A stretch of 64,000 nucleotides of DNA from Rickettsiales bacterium UBA2645 (GTDB lineage: Bacteria > Pseudomonadota > Alphaproteobacteria > Rickettsiales > UBA1997). The notes under the pieces are model-generated. The model made no database searches. It was not told where the DNA came from and worked only from the letters and a program-made list of their open reading frames with translations. Numbering within the stretch: the stretch's first letter is position 1; each line of letters starts with the position of its first letter. Shown in pieces: positions 8,912 through 18,445 of this stretch. The stretch is taken from positions 7,418-71,417 of the forward strand of contig DENL01000003.1 in NCBI GenBank assembly GCA_002359655.1. The letters are read 5' to 3'. The position numbers and the translations under genes are program-made.

Positions 8912-10216
8912 CTAAAAACCTTTTCTGATCAAACGCAAAATATAGAAAGTTGCGGCACCAAAAATTATAAAATAGATAAAAGCAAAGCTGAGCAAAGAAA
9001 AAGTAACTTGCTCTGAAACCACAGGAGAAGCGATGTCTTTTGTGGTAACAAAACCATAAACTACGTAAGGTTGACGACCAATTTCAGTAACAAACCAACC
9101 AGCAAGCAGCGCAATAAAGCCGCTTGGCGTCATTGCCATACACCAAAATTGAAACCATTTGCTGTTAAATAATTTTTTTCTGAAATTGAGAAATACTGCT
9201 AAAACTCCGGTTGTGAGCATCATCATTGCAATTGCAACCATAACGCGGAAGCTGAAAAATACTGGTGCAACTGGCGGTCTTTCGTTTTTTGCAACCGACT
9301 TCAAACCATAAATTTTTGCATTGGCATCGTGTTTTAAAATCAAGCTGGCCAATTTAGGAATTTTTATGGCGTATTTTGTGGCTTCACTTTCTTGATCAGG
9401 AAAGCCGAAAAGAGTCAGCGGTGCACCGACTTCATCTTCCCAGATTCCCTCCATCGCTGCGACTTTCATTGGCTGATATTTTAGCGTGTTCAAGCCATGC
9501 ATATCACCAATCAAAATTTGTAGTGGCGCAAAAATCACGATGAATGATAAAGCCATTTTAAACATTACTTTGGCATGATGAGCCGATTTTTTCTTCCACA
9601 AAAACCAAGCAGAAATTCCGCAGACTACAAAGGCGCAAGTTAAATAAGCTGCAACAACCATGTGAGTGAAGCGATATGGAAAAGAGGGATTGAAAATAGT
9701 TTTTAGCCAATCGGTGGAATAAAAAGTGATGTTGTAAATCATAAAACTCTGCGGCGTTTGCATCCAGCTATTAGCAGCGATAATCCAAAATGCTGAAATC
9801 AGAGTTCCAATCGCCACAATAATTGTTGAAGCAAAATGAATTTTTGGTGAAACGCGATTCCAACCAAATAGCATTATTCCTAAAAATGACGCTTCTAAAA
9901 AAAACGCCGTTAAAACTTCCATGCCAAATAAAGGGCCTAAAACATTGCCCAAACGCAGTGAAAATCCTGACCAGTTAGTACCAATTTCGTAAGAGATAAC
10001 CAGACCAGAAACCACACCCATACCGAAAATAATGGCAAAAATTTTGACCCAGAATTTATAGATTTCTTTGTAAGTTTTATCTTTGGTTTTCAAATAAAGC
10101 GCTTCAACACAGGCTAAATATCCCGCAAGTCCAATGGTAAAGGCAGGGAAAATAATGTGGAAACTCATTGTGAAAGCGAACTGAATTCGCGCTAGAATTA
10201 GCGGATCAAATGTCAT
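8912..10216 (-). CDS. cydA: Cytochrome bd ubiquinol oxidase subunit I (short Q-loop type)
   Basis: LARIQFAFTMSFHIIFPAFTIGLA.. N-terminus and ..GWFVTEIGRQPYVVYG.. near the C-terminus; 434 aa. Confidence 0.93.
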   Translation of the reverse strand: MTFDPLILARIQFAFTMSFHIIFPAFTIGLAGYLACVEALYLKTKDKTYKEIYKFWVKIFAIIFGMGVVSGLVISYEIGTNWSGFSLRLGNVLGPLFGMEVLTAFFLEASFLGIMLFGWNRVSPKIHFASTIIVAIGTLISAFWIIAANSWMQTPQSFMIYNITFYSTDWLKTIFNPSFPYRFTHMVVAAYLTCAFVVCGISAWFLWKKKSAHHAKVMFKMALSFIVIFAPLQILIGDMHGLNTLKYQPMKVAAMEGIWEDEVGAPLTLFGFPDQESEATKYAIKIPKLASLILKHDANAKIYGLKSVAKNERPPVAPVFFSFRVMVAIAMMMLTTGVLAVFLNFRKKLFNSKWFQFWCMAMTPSGFIALLAGWFVTEIGRQPYVVYGFVTTKDIASPVVSEQVTFSLLSFAFIYFIIFGAATFYILRLIRKGF

Positions 10217-10516
10217 AAATAAATTTAATTAAATTAAACTTTTTATTTAAATGTCGCCAAAGGAGTTTTTGAAGTTGAATGTAAAAACTGCCAAAAAAAT
10301 AAGCTCTCGATGCAACATCTAAAAAATGTTAACCAGCTATAACTAGATACTATCAATGAGAAGTTAGTCAAGTCAGATTTATTAGACTTGAGTAGATTAG
10401 TCGATTCAATTTGATTCTAAGATTTTGTCATCGGTAGCGACAACAACAAAATCTCAGAAAAGTTTTTTGATTTATCGGATTATTTTAGAAAATTTTCTAA
10501 AGAAGATAAAAGTTAT

Positions 10517-11101
10517 TTATTTGGCAATATTAGCTTCAACTTCAATTACCAATTCAACATTGTCAGATACTGCAGGAACTGCGTAGTTAATTCCGAATTC
10601 TGAGCGCTTGATTGTTGCAGTTGCAGAAAAGCCAATGGTTGGTTTTTGCGTTACAACGCTAACATCAGATTTATTAAACTTTGCGTTTAAAGTAACTGGC
10701 TTGGTTACACCATGCAAAGTCAACTCACCTTCAATTTTAGCTTTATTTTTGCCAGTAACTTTAATTTTTTTGCTAACAAATTTTGTAGTCGGGAATTTTT
10801 CTGCATCAAAGAAATCAGCACTTTTTAAATGCTTATCAAACTTCGGCAAACCAGTAACCAAGCTGTCAATTTTAATAGTCACATCAACTGAAGAATTTTC
10901 TGGCTTTTTTTCGTCGAAATTAATTTCGCCAGAAACATCAGAAAATTTTCCTGACTGATTTGAAAAGCCAAAATGATTAGCAAACCAAAGCACGTAAGCG
11001 TGATTAGATTCAATTTGATATTTCACAGCTTCAGCAGAAGCATTTTGAGCAATAAAAACAGAGGCAAGAATTGCCAATGAGATTAATTTTAGTTTTTTCA
11101 T
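10517..11101 (-). CDS. YceI-family periplasmic (polyisoprenoid-binding) protein
   Basis: Signal peptide MKKLKLISLAILASVFIAQNASA, then YQIESNHAYVLWFANHFGFSNQSGKF..G.I.FD: YceI pattern. Confidence 0.85.
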   Translation of the reverse strand: MKKLKLISLAILASVFIAQNASAEAVKYQIESNHAYVLWFANHFGFSNQSGKFSDVSGEINFDEKKPENSSVDVTIKIDSLVTGLPKFDKHLKSADFFDAEKFPTTKFVSKKIKVTGKNKAKIEGELTLHGVTKPVTLNAKFNKSDVSVVTQKPTIGFSATATIKRSEFGINYAVPAVSDNVELVIEVEANIAK

Positions 11102-11169
11102 TTTTTAAAATTTTTTAAGTTAGTTGTTAAAGATAGGCAGGCTTTGTGGTGAAGTTCCAAGAAATCTAA

Positions 11170-11802
11170 TTAAGCATTTGCTTTGTAAGTCACTTTTTCA
11201 ATTTCCATCGCTTTTTGATAAGATGGACGCGAAATAACGCGAGTAAAAAATGCTTTTGTTTTAGCTCCAAATTTAATTGGTTCTTTAAAAGCAAATGACC
11301 AATTAGCAATCACGGTAATTAAAATATCGGCAATCGTTATTTTATCACCGCACAAGTAATTTCTAGCGCTCAAACGCTCTTCGATTTCGTCCCAATATTT
11401 TTGGATTGCTGCAATTGAAGGTTTGTAAAGCGGATTATCTTTGGCTGCATCTCCTAAAATACGATGTTGGAAAAAACATCTTGAGTAAGCAGGATGTAGA
11501 GTTGAATTAGCAAAAGATAACCATTCCAAAGCTTCAGCGCGCTCCAAGCCAGAATTTGGCAAAAGATCACTTTTGTGTGAATCAAGAATGTAAGTCAAAA
11601 TTGCTGCGCCTTCACGCAAAATAAAATTATCAATTTTTAAAACCGGCACTGCGCCGCGTGGATTAATTTTTAAAAACTCTGCCGATTTTGTTTGGCCCGC
11701 AGGAACTGAAACATTTTCCAATTCAAACTTAGCACCAACTTCAAGAAGAGCGACATGAACCGCCAAAGAGCAAGCTCCGGGAGAATAATATAATTTATAC
11801 AT
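11170..11802 (-). CDS. Glutathione S-transferase
   Basis: MYKLYYSPGACSLAVHVALLEVG... N-terminal thioredoxin-like GST domain plus a C-terminal helical domain; 210 aa. Confidence 0.85.
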   Translation of the reverse strand: MYKLYYSPGACSLAVHVALLEVGAKFELENVSVPAGQTKSAEFLKINPRGAVPVLKIDNFILREGAAILTYILDSHKSDLLPNSGLERAEALEWLSFANSTLHPAYSRCFFQHRILGDAAKDNPLYKPSIAAIQKYWDEIEERLSARNYLCGDKITIADILITVIANWSFAFKEPIKFGAKTKAFFTRVISRPSYQKAMEIEKVTYKANA

Positions 11803-11871
11803 AAAGTTAGAAATTTGATTTTTGGAGAAAAAAAATGATTAAAAGTAATCGACTTGCAAAGTAAATTCAGA

Positions 11872-11904
11872 GTTACTTTAATCAAGTAGGTACCTTAAAG
11901 TAAC
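11872..11904. promoter_or_regulatory. Candidate HxlR operator: 10-bp perfect inverted repeat GTTACTTTAA-N13-TTAAAGTAAC
   Basis: Seen directly in the gst/hxlR divergent intergenic region. Extra AAAGTAA half-sites lie at about 11842 and about 11858. Confidence 0.35.
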
Positions 11905-11922
11905 CATTAAAAAATAAAAACT

Positions 11923-12282
11923 GTGAGCAAAAAATCAGCCAAAAAAATTGTTAAAAACAATAAAGAAGTCGATGGGAAAATACGCTGCCCAATGCACAGA
12001 TTGCTCAACATATTGAGCGGACCATGGACAAGCTATATCTTATGGCTGATCAAATCACAAGGCTCGCAAAGATTTGGTGAGCTAAAAAAACATCTACCAA
12101 AAATTTCAGCAAAAGTTTTAACACAAAGATTAAGAATGCTGGAAGAAGAAAAAATTATCAGCCGTCATCAGGAAGAAACAATTCCACCAAAAGTGACTTA
12201 CAGCCTTACCAAGCGCGGCAAGCAGCTAGATAATATTCTTGATGAAATAAACAAATTAGCCAAAAAATGGTTCAATTCTTAA
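11923..12282 (+). CDS. HxlR-family winged-helix transcriptional regulator (GTG start)
   Basis: CPMHRLLNILSGPWTSYILWLI..GSQRFGELKK.LP.IS.KVLTQRLR.LEE..II.R: HxlR signature. Confidence 0.88.
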   Translation: MSKKSAKKIVKNNKEVDGKIRCPMHRLLNILSGPWTSYILWLIKSQGSQRFGELKKHLPKISAKVLTQRLRMLEEEKIISRHQEETIPPKVTYSLTKRGKQLDNILDEINKLAKKWFNS

Positions 12283-12304
12283 ACAATTTTTTAGATAAAT
12301 AATA

Positions 12305-12529
12305 ATGAAAAAAATTCGCAACCCTCGCCTATTATTTCCTTTCTTTATGGCGTTGATTATGGCTTTTGTGATGTCGGGATTTATGACTTTAATCAATCGC
12401 GGTTTGATTGAAAATTTCTTTTTCGTATGGATGCACTCATTTGTTTATGCTTTCTTTGTGGCGTTTCCAACTGCTTATTTTGTAGCACCACAAGTACAAA
12501 AATTAGTAAAAAAAATCTGCGAAGCTTAA
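12305..12529 (+). CDS. DUF2798-like small membrane protein
   Basis: 74 aa with two hydrophobic helices (FFMALIMAFVMSGFMTLIN.G ... FFVAFPTAYFVAP). I recall this family as a frequent HxlR neighbour. Confidence 0.6.
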   Translation: MKKIRNPRLLFPFFMALIMAFVMSGFMTLINRGLIENFFFVWMHSFVYAFFVAFPTAYFVAPQVQKLVKKICEA

Positions 12530-15291
12530 ATAATAACTTCAACCAATTTTTCTTCCGCTATCAATTCAATTTTTTTGGCGTTGCAAACATTAGCTAAATC
12601 TTCGACGAATTTTTCAATGCCAACAACCCTTGCAACTCTTACCTTCTCAACAGTTGTTTTCATTGAAATATTTTTTTCTGACTTAAATTTGCGAACTTCA
12701 AAAATCACTTCCAACAATAATTTTCCATCTTCGATTAAACTTTGATCAAAAAATTTCTCATCAAGTTTTGGCCAGTTACCTCTAGCATTTATCGACTGAG
12801 TTTTAGTAAATTCTTCAGCAAAAAGTGCTGAGTAAATTTCGTCACAAATATGCGGAATAAAAGGCGCAAAAAGTTTCAGAATTGTGTTTAAACAAATTTC
12901 TAAAGCTTTGATTGCACTTTGTTGTTTAGCTTGAATTTCTGCTTTTTGTAAATCGCTAAGCTTAGTTCCAACAAGCTTTTCTGCTGCCAAACCGTAAGAG
13001 CGAACTTTGCAAATTTCTAAATAATTGTCGCAAAAATCACGCCAGAAAAATTCTTCAATTGCTTCGCGAGCTTTGGCATATTCAAACTTCTCAAACTCGG
13101 CTGTGGCGCGTTTTACGGTTTCTTGTAAACGACTCAAAATCCAAAGATCTGAAGCTTGCGTAACTTTTGCATCTTCACGCAATAATTCAAAATTCATCGA
13201 AGCAAATTTCGCGGCGTTAAAAAGTTTGGTAATTAATTTTTGGCCGATTTTAAAAACATCTTCAATGTAAGCAGTGTCAGCACCCAAATGCGAAGTTGAA
13301 GCCCAATAGCGCACAATATCTGAACCTTTTTCTTCAATCAGAGAAGTTGGAGTCACCACATTGCCTTTTGATTTACTCATTTTGGTTTTATCGGCAGCTA
13401 AGCACCAGCCCGAGATCATCAAGTTTTTCCACGGCACAGAATTTTGATGCAAAGTCGATTTTACTAAAGTGTAAAAAGCCCAAGTACGAATGATTTCATG
13501 AGCTTGTGGACGAAGATCGGCTGGGAAAAGTTTTTCGTGACGCTGTTGGTCGAAAGAAATTTCAGCAGAAATTCCTTTGCTTGAAAGTTGTGGGCTAATT
13601 GAAGAAGTCGCCCAAGTGTCCATGATGTCAGTTTCAGCTGTAACTTCTGCGCGTGAGTATCCGCGAGGCAAATCAATTGCCGGATCGCAGGGAAGTTGAT
13701 CAACATCTGCAACTAAAATTTTTCCTTCTTCGCCTGCCCGCTTGGAATACCAAACTGGAAAAGCCACACCGAAAAAACGCTGGCGGCTGATACACCAATC
13801 CCATTGCAAACCATCAATCCATTGATCGATGCGCACTTTCATATATTCAGGGAACCAATTGCACTCAGCAGCTTTGGCTTTGAGCAAATCTTTTTTGTCG
13901 AGAATTTTAATAAACCATTGTGGCACTACCAGAATTTCGATTGGCACACCAGAGCGCTCGGCGCATTTCACGGCGCGTTTGATGGTTTCTTGTTTAAGTA
14001 GAATGCTCGAGTTAATACCTTCCCCTTGAGGGAGGGTCGAAGTCGCTTGCGACTTCAAGGCGGGGTTAGATTGCGATGTAACTTCAGATTCGTAACCCCT
14101 CACCGAAGGGCTTAAGCCCTTCGACTCCCCCTCAAGGGGGGAGTGATTAGATCGAGTGTTTTTTAAAGCTTCTATTATTGCTTCTTTAGCTTGTTTAATG
14201 GTTTTGCCAGCTACTAAACTTTCATAAAAATTAAAAAATATTTTCAGATCAACGCATTCGGATTTTTTTAAGTTCCATACTTCAATGATGTTTCCTTTTT
14301 GATAATCATTTGAACCAAATTCTAACTCTGTAAAATCATCAGCAAACTTAAAAGACTGATAGCAAGAAGAAATTCTGCCGTCTTTTTCGATAATTATTCT
14401 TAAATCCAAGTTATGCCTCTTCCACCATCTGATGTCAGTTTCATCACCAAAAGTACAACACATTACCGCGCCAGTTCCTTTATCGAGCTGAACTAAATCG
14501 TCAGGAATAATTTTTACTTTCACGCCAAAAAGTGGCGTGATGGCATTTTGTCCGTGGAGTTTTTTGTAGCGCTCATCTTCCGGGTGAACCATGACAGCAA
14601 CGCAAGCCGGCAATAGCTCGGGACGAGTTGTCATTATTTCAAGTTTTTCGTCTGAACCTTCGATGCCAAATAAGATGTAATTCATTTGGCCTTCAACTTC
14701 TTTGTCTACAAGATCAGCTTGCGCTAGAGCGGTGCGGTCGGAAATGTCCCAGAAAACTGGTTCGAATTTTTTTTCTACTAATTTTTTATTGTAGAGATCA
14801 ACAAAACTCGCTTGCGAAATTTTTTGCGATTCAGGTGAAATCGTTTGATATTTCTGCTTCCAATCAACTGACAAAGCAATTGAGTTAAAGAGAATTTCAA
14901 ATTCTTTTTCCGCGTCATCAACAACTTCGCGACATTTTTTTACAAAAGATCCACGGCCATTTTCTGCCTCAAAAACTCCAGCTTTTTTTTCAATAATTTT
15001 TTCAACTAAACGCTCAGTTGGCAGGCCGTTATCGTCAAAGCCCATCGGGTAGAAAACATCTTTGCCATACATGCGCATGAAACGCGCTACGAAATCAGCC
15101 TGAGAATAAGAGAAAACATGTCCCATATGTAAAACGCCTGAAACTGTAGGAGGCGGAGTGTCGATTACAAAAGTTTGGTTTTTTGGTAAATCGTTTTTGA
15201 AAGCGAAAATTTGTTTTTCTAACCAGTGGTTTTGCCAGAATTTTTCGCGAGCTTTTGGATCATAGCGATCGGGTAGTTTTTTTTCAGACAT
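12526..15291 (-). CDS. valS: Valyl-tRNA synthetase, archaeal/Rickettsia type, carrying an in-frame repeat insertion
   Basis: TPPPTVSGVLHMGHVFSYSQADF, PMGFDDNGLPTE and KMSKSKGNVV class-I motifs; 921 aa. Confidence 0.95.
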   Translation of the reverse strand: MSEKKLPDRYDPKAREKFWQNHWLEKQIFAFKNDLPKNQTFVIDTPPPTVSGVLHMGHVFSYSQADFVARFMRMYGKDVFYPMGFDDNGLPTERLVEKIIEKKAGVFEAENGRGSFVKKCREVVDDAEKEFEILFNSIALSVDWKQKYQTISPESQKISQASFVDLYNKKLVEKKFEPVFWDISDRTALAQADLVDKEVEGQMNYILFGIEGSDEKLEIMTTRPELLPACVAVMVHPEDERYKKLHGQNAITPLFGVKVKIIPDDLVQLDKGTGAVMCCTFGDETDIRWWKRHNLDLRIIIEKDGRISSCYQSFKFADDFTELEFGSNDYQKGNIIEVWNLKKSECVDLKIFFNFYESLVAGKTIKQAKEAIIEALKNTRSNHSPLEGESKGLSPSVRGYESEVTSQSNPALKSQATSTLPQGEGINSSILLKQETIKRAVKCAERSGVPIEILVVPQWFIKILDKKDLLKAKAAECNWFPEYMKVRIDQWIDGLQWDWCISRQRFFGVAFPVWYSKRAGEEGKILVADVDQLPCDPAIDLPRGYSRAEVTAETDIMDTWATSSISPQLSSKGISAEISFDQQRHEKLFPADLRPQAHEIIRTWAFYTLVKSTLHQNSVPWKNLMISGWCLAADKTKMSKSKGNVVTPTSLIEEKGSDIVRYWASTSHLGADTAYIEDVFKIGQKLITKLFNAAKFASMNFELLREDAKVTQASDLWILSRLQETVKRATAEFEKFEYAKAREAIEEFFWRDFCDNYLEICKVRSYGLAAEKLVGTKLSDLQKAEIQAKQQSAIKALEICLNTILKLFAPFIPHICDEIYSALFAEEFTKTQSINARGNWPKLDEKFFDQSLIEDGKLLLEVIFEVRKFKSEKNISMKTTVEKVRVARVVGIEKFVEDLANVCNAKKIELIAEEKLVEVII
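14006..14156. repeat. RPE-like modular palindromic element, copy A (inside valS)
   Basis: GC-rich island with terminal inverted repeats (ctcgagttaataccttccccttgaggg... / ...ccctcaaggggggagtgattagatcgag). It shares modules with 42716-42852, 54380-54527 and 57564-57746. Boundaries are accurate to a few nt. Confidence 0.85.
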
Positions 15292-15329
15292 TTTTGTTTT
15301 GTTTTTAAGAACTGGAAGGAGTCCTTTCG

Positions 15330-16703
15330 TTATTCGACTTCAATCACATCAACCACATATCCACCAAGATTATGGAAGTAAATTTTGCCTTTTATGACGA
15401 TTGGTGCGTGATAAATTCTTTTGCCGATTGATTCGCTTTTTTCAATCTTACCGTCAAATGGCGAGACAATAAAAAGTTGGCCGTCAAAGCGTGAAATCAA
15501 TAGCTTATCGCCGGCCATTATCACGCCATTGTAATTGAATTTACTTTCTGGTTTTTTCTCTTTTTTGAAATTTGGTAATTGTGAAATCCATTTTATACCG
15601 CCAGTTTTTTGGCTTATTGCCAGTATTTTATTGCCATTATCAATCACAAATAAAAATTCTCCCGCTGCCCAAAAATCAGTGATGCCAGCAATTTCTTTGC
15701 GCCATAAATAATTTCCGGTTTTTAAATCTAGCGCCATCATCAAGCCACCATTGCCAATCAGGTAAATCTTATCGCCTTTAATTACTGGAGTTGCATCAAC
15801 ATCGTTTAAGTAGAAATCTGAACTATTAGCTTTGTTTAAGTTTAAATCTTGTGACCAGATTAGCTCGCCAGTTTTTTTATTTATGGCGTAAATTTCTCCA
15901 GAGGAAAATGAAGCGATGATTTGATCTTTATAAAAAACTGGATCGGCCGCGCCAAGAATTGCCGTGTTGCGTAAAATTGCTGATATTGTCCATTGCAGCT
16001 CGCCGTCTTTGGCGCTCAAGGCGTAAAGTTTGTTGTCGTTAGTTGTGACAAAAACCATTTTGCCATCTGAAACTGGCGTTGAGACTGGAATTGAAGCAAT
16101 ATCTTTTGACCACAAAACTTTTCCGTCAGAAGCATTTACAGCAGCAATTTTATTGACTCCGGCAACGGCAAAGATTTTTTCACCAGCTTCAGATTTAGAG
16201 TAATAAATTTTTGGCGAACGATAATTTTTTAAAAACTTTTTTAAAAAGATTTGGTTTTTCCAAAGTTTTTTATGAGTTGTTAAATCGTAAGCTATTAGCT
16301 TTCCCGCGGTGTTTAGAGTATAAATTTTATCGCCATTGATAATTGGCTCAAAAACAAAATCGTCATCACCTATATTGCCAAAACCAGACCAGAAAAGCGT
16401 AGAGTCGTTTAAAGCAATTTTTTTAGTACCGCTAAAAAAACTTTTGCTGACGGAAAAATCTTTGGCAAAATTTTCTATTCTTTGATTTTGTTCGCTACTT
16501 GAGCCGTTCCAAAAGCTATTTGCTTTTTGTTTTGGCAAAATAATTTCTGCCTTCTCAAGTGCTGGATCGATTTTTATCGGATCAATAATAGCAAAGGCTG
16601 AAACCGCTTTTGTTTTGTCGTATTCTTTTTTTTTGTCCGAGCAAGAAAAAACAAAAAGCAAAGAAAAAATGATTAAGCTTTTTTGCAGAGAACAAAAAGA
16701 CAT
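15330..16703 (-). CDS. bamB: Outer-membrane protein assembly factor BamB (PQQ-like beta-propeller lipoprotein)
   Basis: Lipobox LLFVFSC, repeated beta-propeller blades (..G.L.A.D..TG...W..), and a position downstream of the yfgM-like gene. Confidence 0.85.
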   Translation of the reverse strand: MSFCSLQKSLIIFSLLFVFSCSDKKKEYDKTKAVSAFAIIDPIKIDPALEKAEIILPKQKANSFWNGSSSEQNQRIENFAKDFSVSKSFFSGTKKIALNDSTLFWSGFGNIGDDDFVFEPIINGDKIYTLNTAGKLIAYDLTTHKKLWKNQIFLKKFLKNYRSPKIYYSKSEAGEKIFAVAGVNKIAAVNASDGKVLWSKDIASIPVSTPVSDGKMVFVTTNDNKLYALSAKDGELQWTISAILRNTAILGAADPVFYKDQIIASFSSGEIYAINKKTGELIWSQDLNLNKANSSDFYLNDVDATPVIKGDKIYLIGNGGLMMALDLKTGNYLWRKEIAGITDFWAAGEFLFVIDNGNKILAISQKTGGIKWISQLPNFKKEKKPESKFNYNGVIMAGDKLLISRFDGQLFIVSPFDGKIEKSESIGKRIYHAPIVIKGKIYFHNLGGYVVDVIEVE

Positions 16704-16720
16704 TAGAAATTTATTAGTAG

Positions 16721-17452
16721 TTATTTTTCAGCGACATCTTCCGAAGATTGAACAACCTCAGCACTTGGATCATAACCTTTGGCAATAATTATTTTTAAGC
16801 CATCAGAAATTCTGGCTTTAATATTTTGCGGAACATCAGGATTTTTAGAAATTGAATCCAATATTGCGTAAGCTTTAGACAAATCATTTTTTCGAATATG
16901 CAGAAAAGCTTTTTGCTCAGAAATTTGGTATCTTAACTCTTTGCTGTTAGCTTCGATTTTTTCAATTCTTGTAAGAAGATTGTCTTTTTTGATTTCGTTT
17001 TCATCAGACAACCAAGTTTTGACAGCCAATAATCCGCCTAAATCTTTAATGTAAGAATCGCAACCACTGCATTGGCTGATTTTTTGGTAAATGTCTGCCG
17101 CTTCAGATTTTTTATTTTCATTAATAAGTATTGCGGCGTAACGCAAAGAAGCCAGAGACTTCACGCCGCTTGGCGCTGAAGATTGATAAATTTTTGCTAA
17201 ATTTTCTTTGGCTTTATCCATATTGCCCAATTGCTGATCAATCAAAGCTTGATGGAATATTTCAGAAAATTTTGCCTGCTGTGAATTTTGATAAAAATTA
17301 AAAGCCGCAAAGCTAATAAAAGAAACCAAAACAACAGCCGCAATAGCAATAAAAACTTTACTGTTTTTGCTGAAAAATTTTTTAATTGATTCGCTTCTGG
17401 CCTCAGACTTGGCTTGGTTTATTAAGGTGTTTATTTCGTTATTGTTCGACAT
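16721..17452 (-). CDS. YfgM-like TPR membrane protein
   Basis: N-terminal TM (VFIAIAAVVLVSFISFAAFNFY) followed by a TPR-like helical domain. It shows yfgM-bamB synteny. Confidence 0.65.
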   Translation of the reverse strand: MSNNNEINTLINQAKSEARSESIKKFFSKNSKVFIAIAAVVLVSFISFAAFNFYQNSQQAKFSEIFHQALIDQQLGNMDKAKENLAKIYQSSAPSGVKSLASLRYAAILINENKKSEAADIYQKISQCSGCDSYIKDLGGLLAVKTWLSDENEIKKDNLLTRIEKIEANSKELRYQISEQKAFLHIRKNDLSKAYAILDSISKNPDVPQNIKARISDGLKIIIAKGYDPSAEVVQSSEDVAEK

Positions 17453-17482
17453 ATTTATAAGTGAGTTAGATTAAAATAAGTT

Positions 17483-18382
17483 TTAGTTTGCAACACTTCT
17501 CAAACAGCAATCTAAAGTATTCTTAAGCAGATAAGCAATAGTCATTGGCCCTACTCCACCAGGAACTGGCGTTATTGCTTTTGCAATGTTTTTCACATTT
17601 TCAAAATCAACATCGCCGACTAATTTTGTTTTACCATCTTCTAAATTGACGCGGTTAATTCCAACATCAACCACAATTGTATCTTTTTTTATCATATCAG
17701 CTTTGATCAAATTTACCACGCCAGCTGCGGCAATGATGATGTCAGCTTGCAAACATTCTGCCTTTAAATCACGAGTTGAACGATTAGCAATTGTCACAGT
17801 ACAGCTTTCAAGCATCAGCAATCTGGCCAAAGGACGACCAACAATATTTGAAGAGCCAATCACTAAAGTTTTCAATCCGGCCAAATTTTCACCAGCTACT
17901 GATTTAATTAAATGCAGGCAACCTTTTGGAGTGCAAGGAATTAAAGCTCCGTCGCCTCCTTGGATTTCTCCAACTGAAAGCTTGCCGACATTCACCATGT
18001 GAAATCCATCAACATCTTTGTTTGGATCGATAGTACGAATAATTTTTTTAGTATCGATATGTTTTGGCAAAGGCAATTGCACCAAAATTCCATGAATTTT
18101 TTTATCAGCGTTTAGCTCTTCAATTTTTAAAACTAACTCTTCTTCAGAGATATCCGCCGCCAGTTTAAATTGCAGCGAGTTCATGCCCACAGCGTGCGCT
18201 GCCTTTTCTTTATTACTGACATAAACTTCACTAGCCGGATCATTACCAACCAAAATCACCGCCAAACTTGGCGTTACATGATATTTTTTTTTAATCTCTT
18301 CTACTTGCTTGGCAATTTCCAGCTTTAAGGAAGCGGCAATTTCTTTGCCGTTGATGATTTTTGCGGTCATGGGATAAATCAT
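17483..18382 (-). CDS. folD: Bifunctional methylenetetrahydrofolate dehydrogenase/cyclohydrolase
   Basis: ILVGNDPASEVYVSNK, HGILVQLPLP, PCTPKG, VIGSSNIVGRP and TPVPGGVGPMT motifs. Confidence 0.95.
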   Translation of the reverse strand: MIYPMTAKIINGKEIAASLKLEIAKQVEEIKKKYHVTPSLAVILVGNDPASEVYVSNKEKAAHAVGMNSLQFKLAADISEEELVLKIEELNADKKIHGILVQLPLPKHIDTKKIIRTIDPNKDVDGFHMVNVGKLSVGEIQGGDGALIPCTPKGCLHLIKSVAGENLAGLKTLVIGSSNIVGRPLARLLMLESCTVTIANRSTRDLKAECLQADIIIAAAGVVNLIKADMIKKDTIVVDVGINRVNLEDGKTKLVGDVDFENVKNIAKAITPVPGGVGPMTIAYLLKNTLDCCLRSVAN

Positions 18383-18445
18383 TTTGATTTTATTTAAATC
18401 AGATTTTTTTAAACATCTTAAAAATGTTTCTTTGTTGTAAGAGCT

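Noticed and set aside
10217-10516. 300-bp AT-rich spacer upstream of cydA, scanned for an FNR-type box (TTGAT-N4-ATCAA), a small ORF or a structured RNA
   Set aside because: I saw only weak dyads (e.g. tcaagtc-N10-gacttga) and no convincing FNR box, tRNA-like fold or coding signal. It probably just holds the cydAB promoter.
17586-18002. 138-aa plus-strand ORF
   Set aside because: It is antisense to folD, whose translation is unambiguous. The same reasoning applies to the other short antisense track ORFs: 1549-1767, 4575-4889, 10608-10958, 13025-14029, 28307-28666, 35459-35806, 37512-37829 and 53008-53759.
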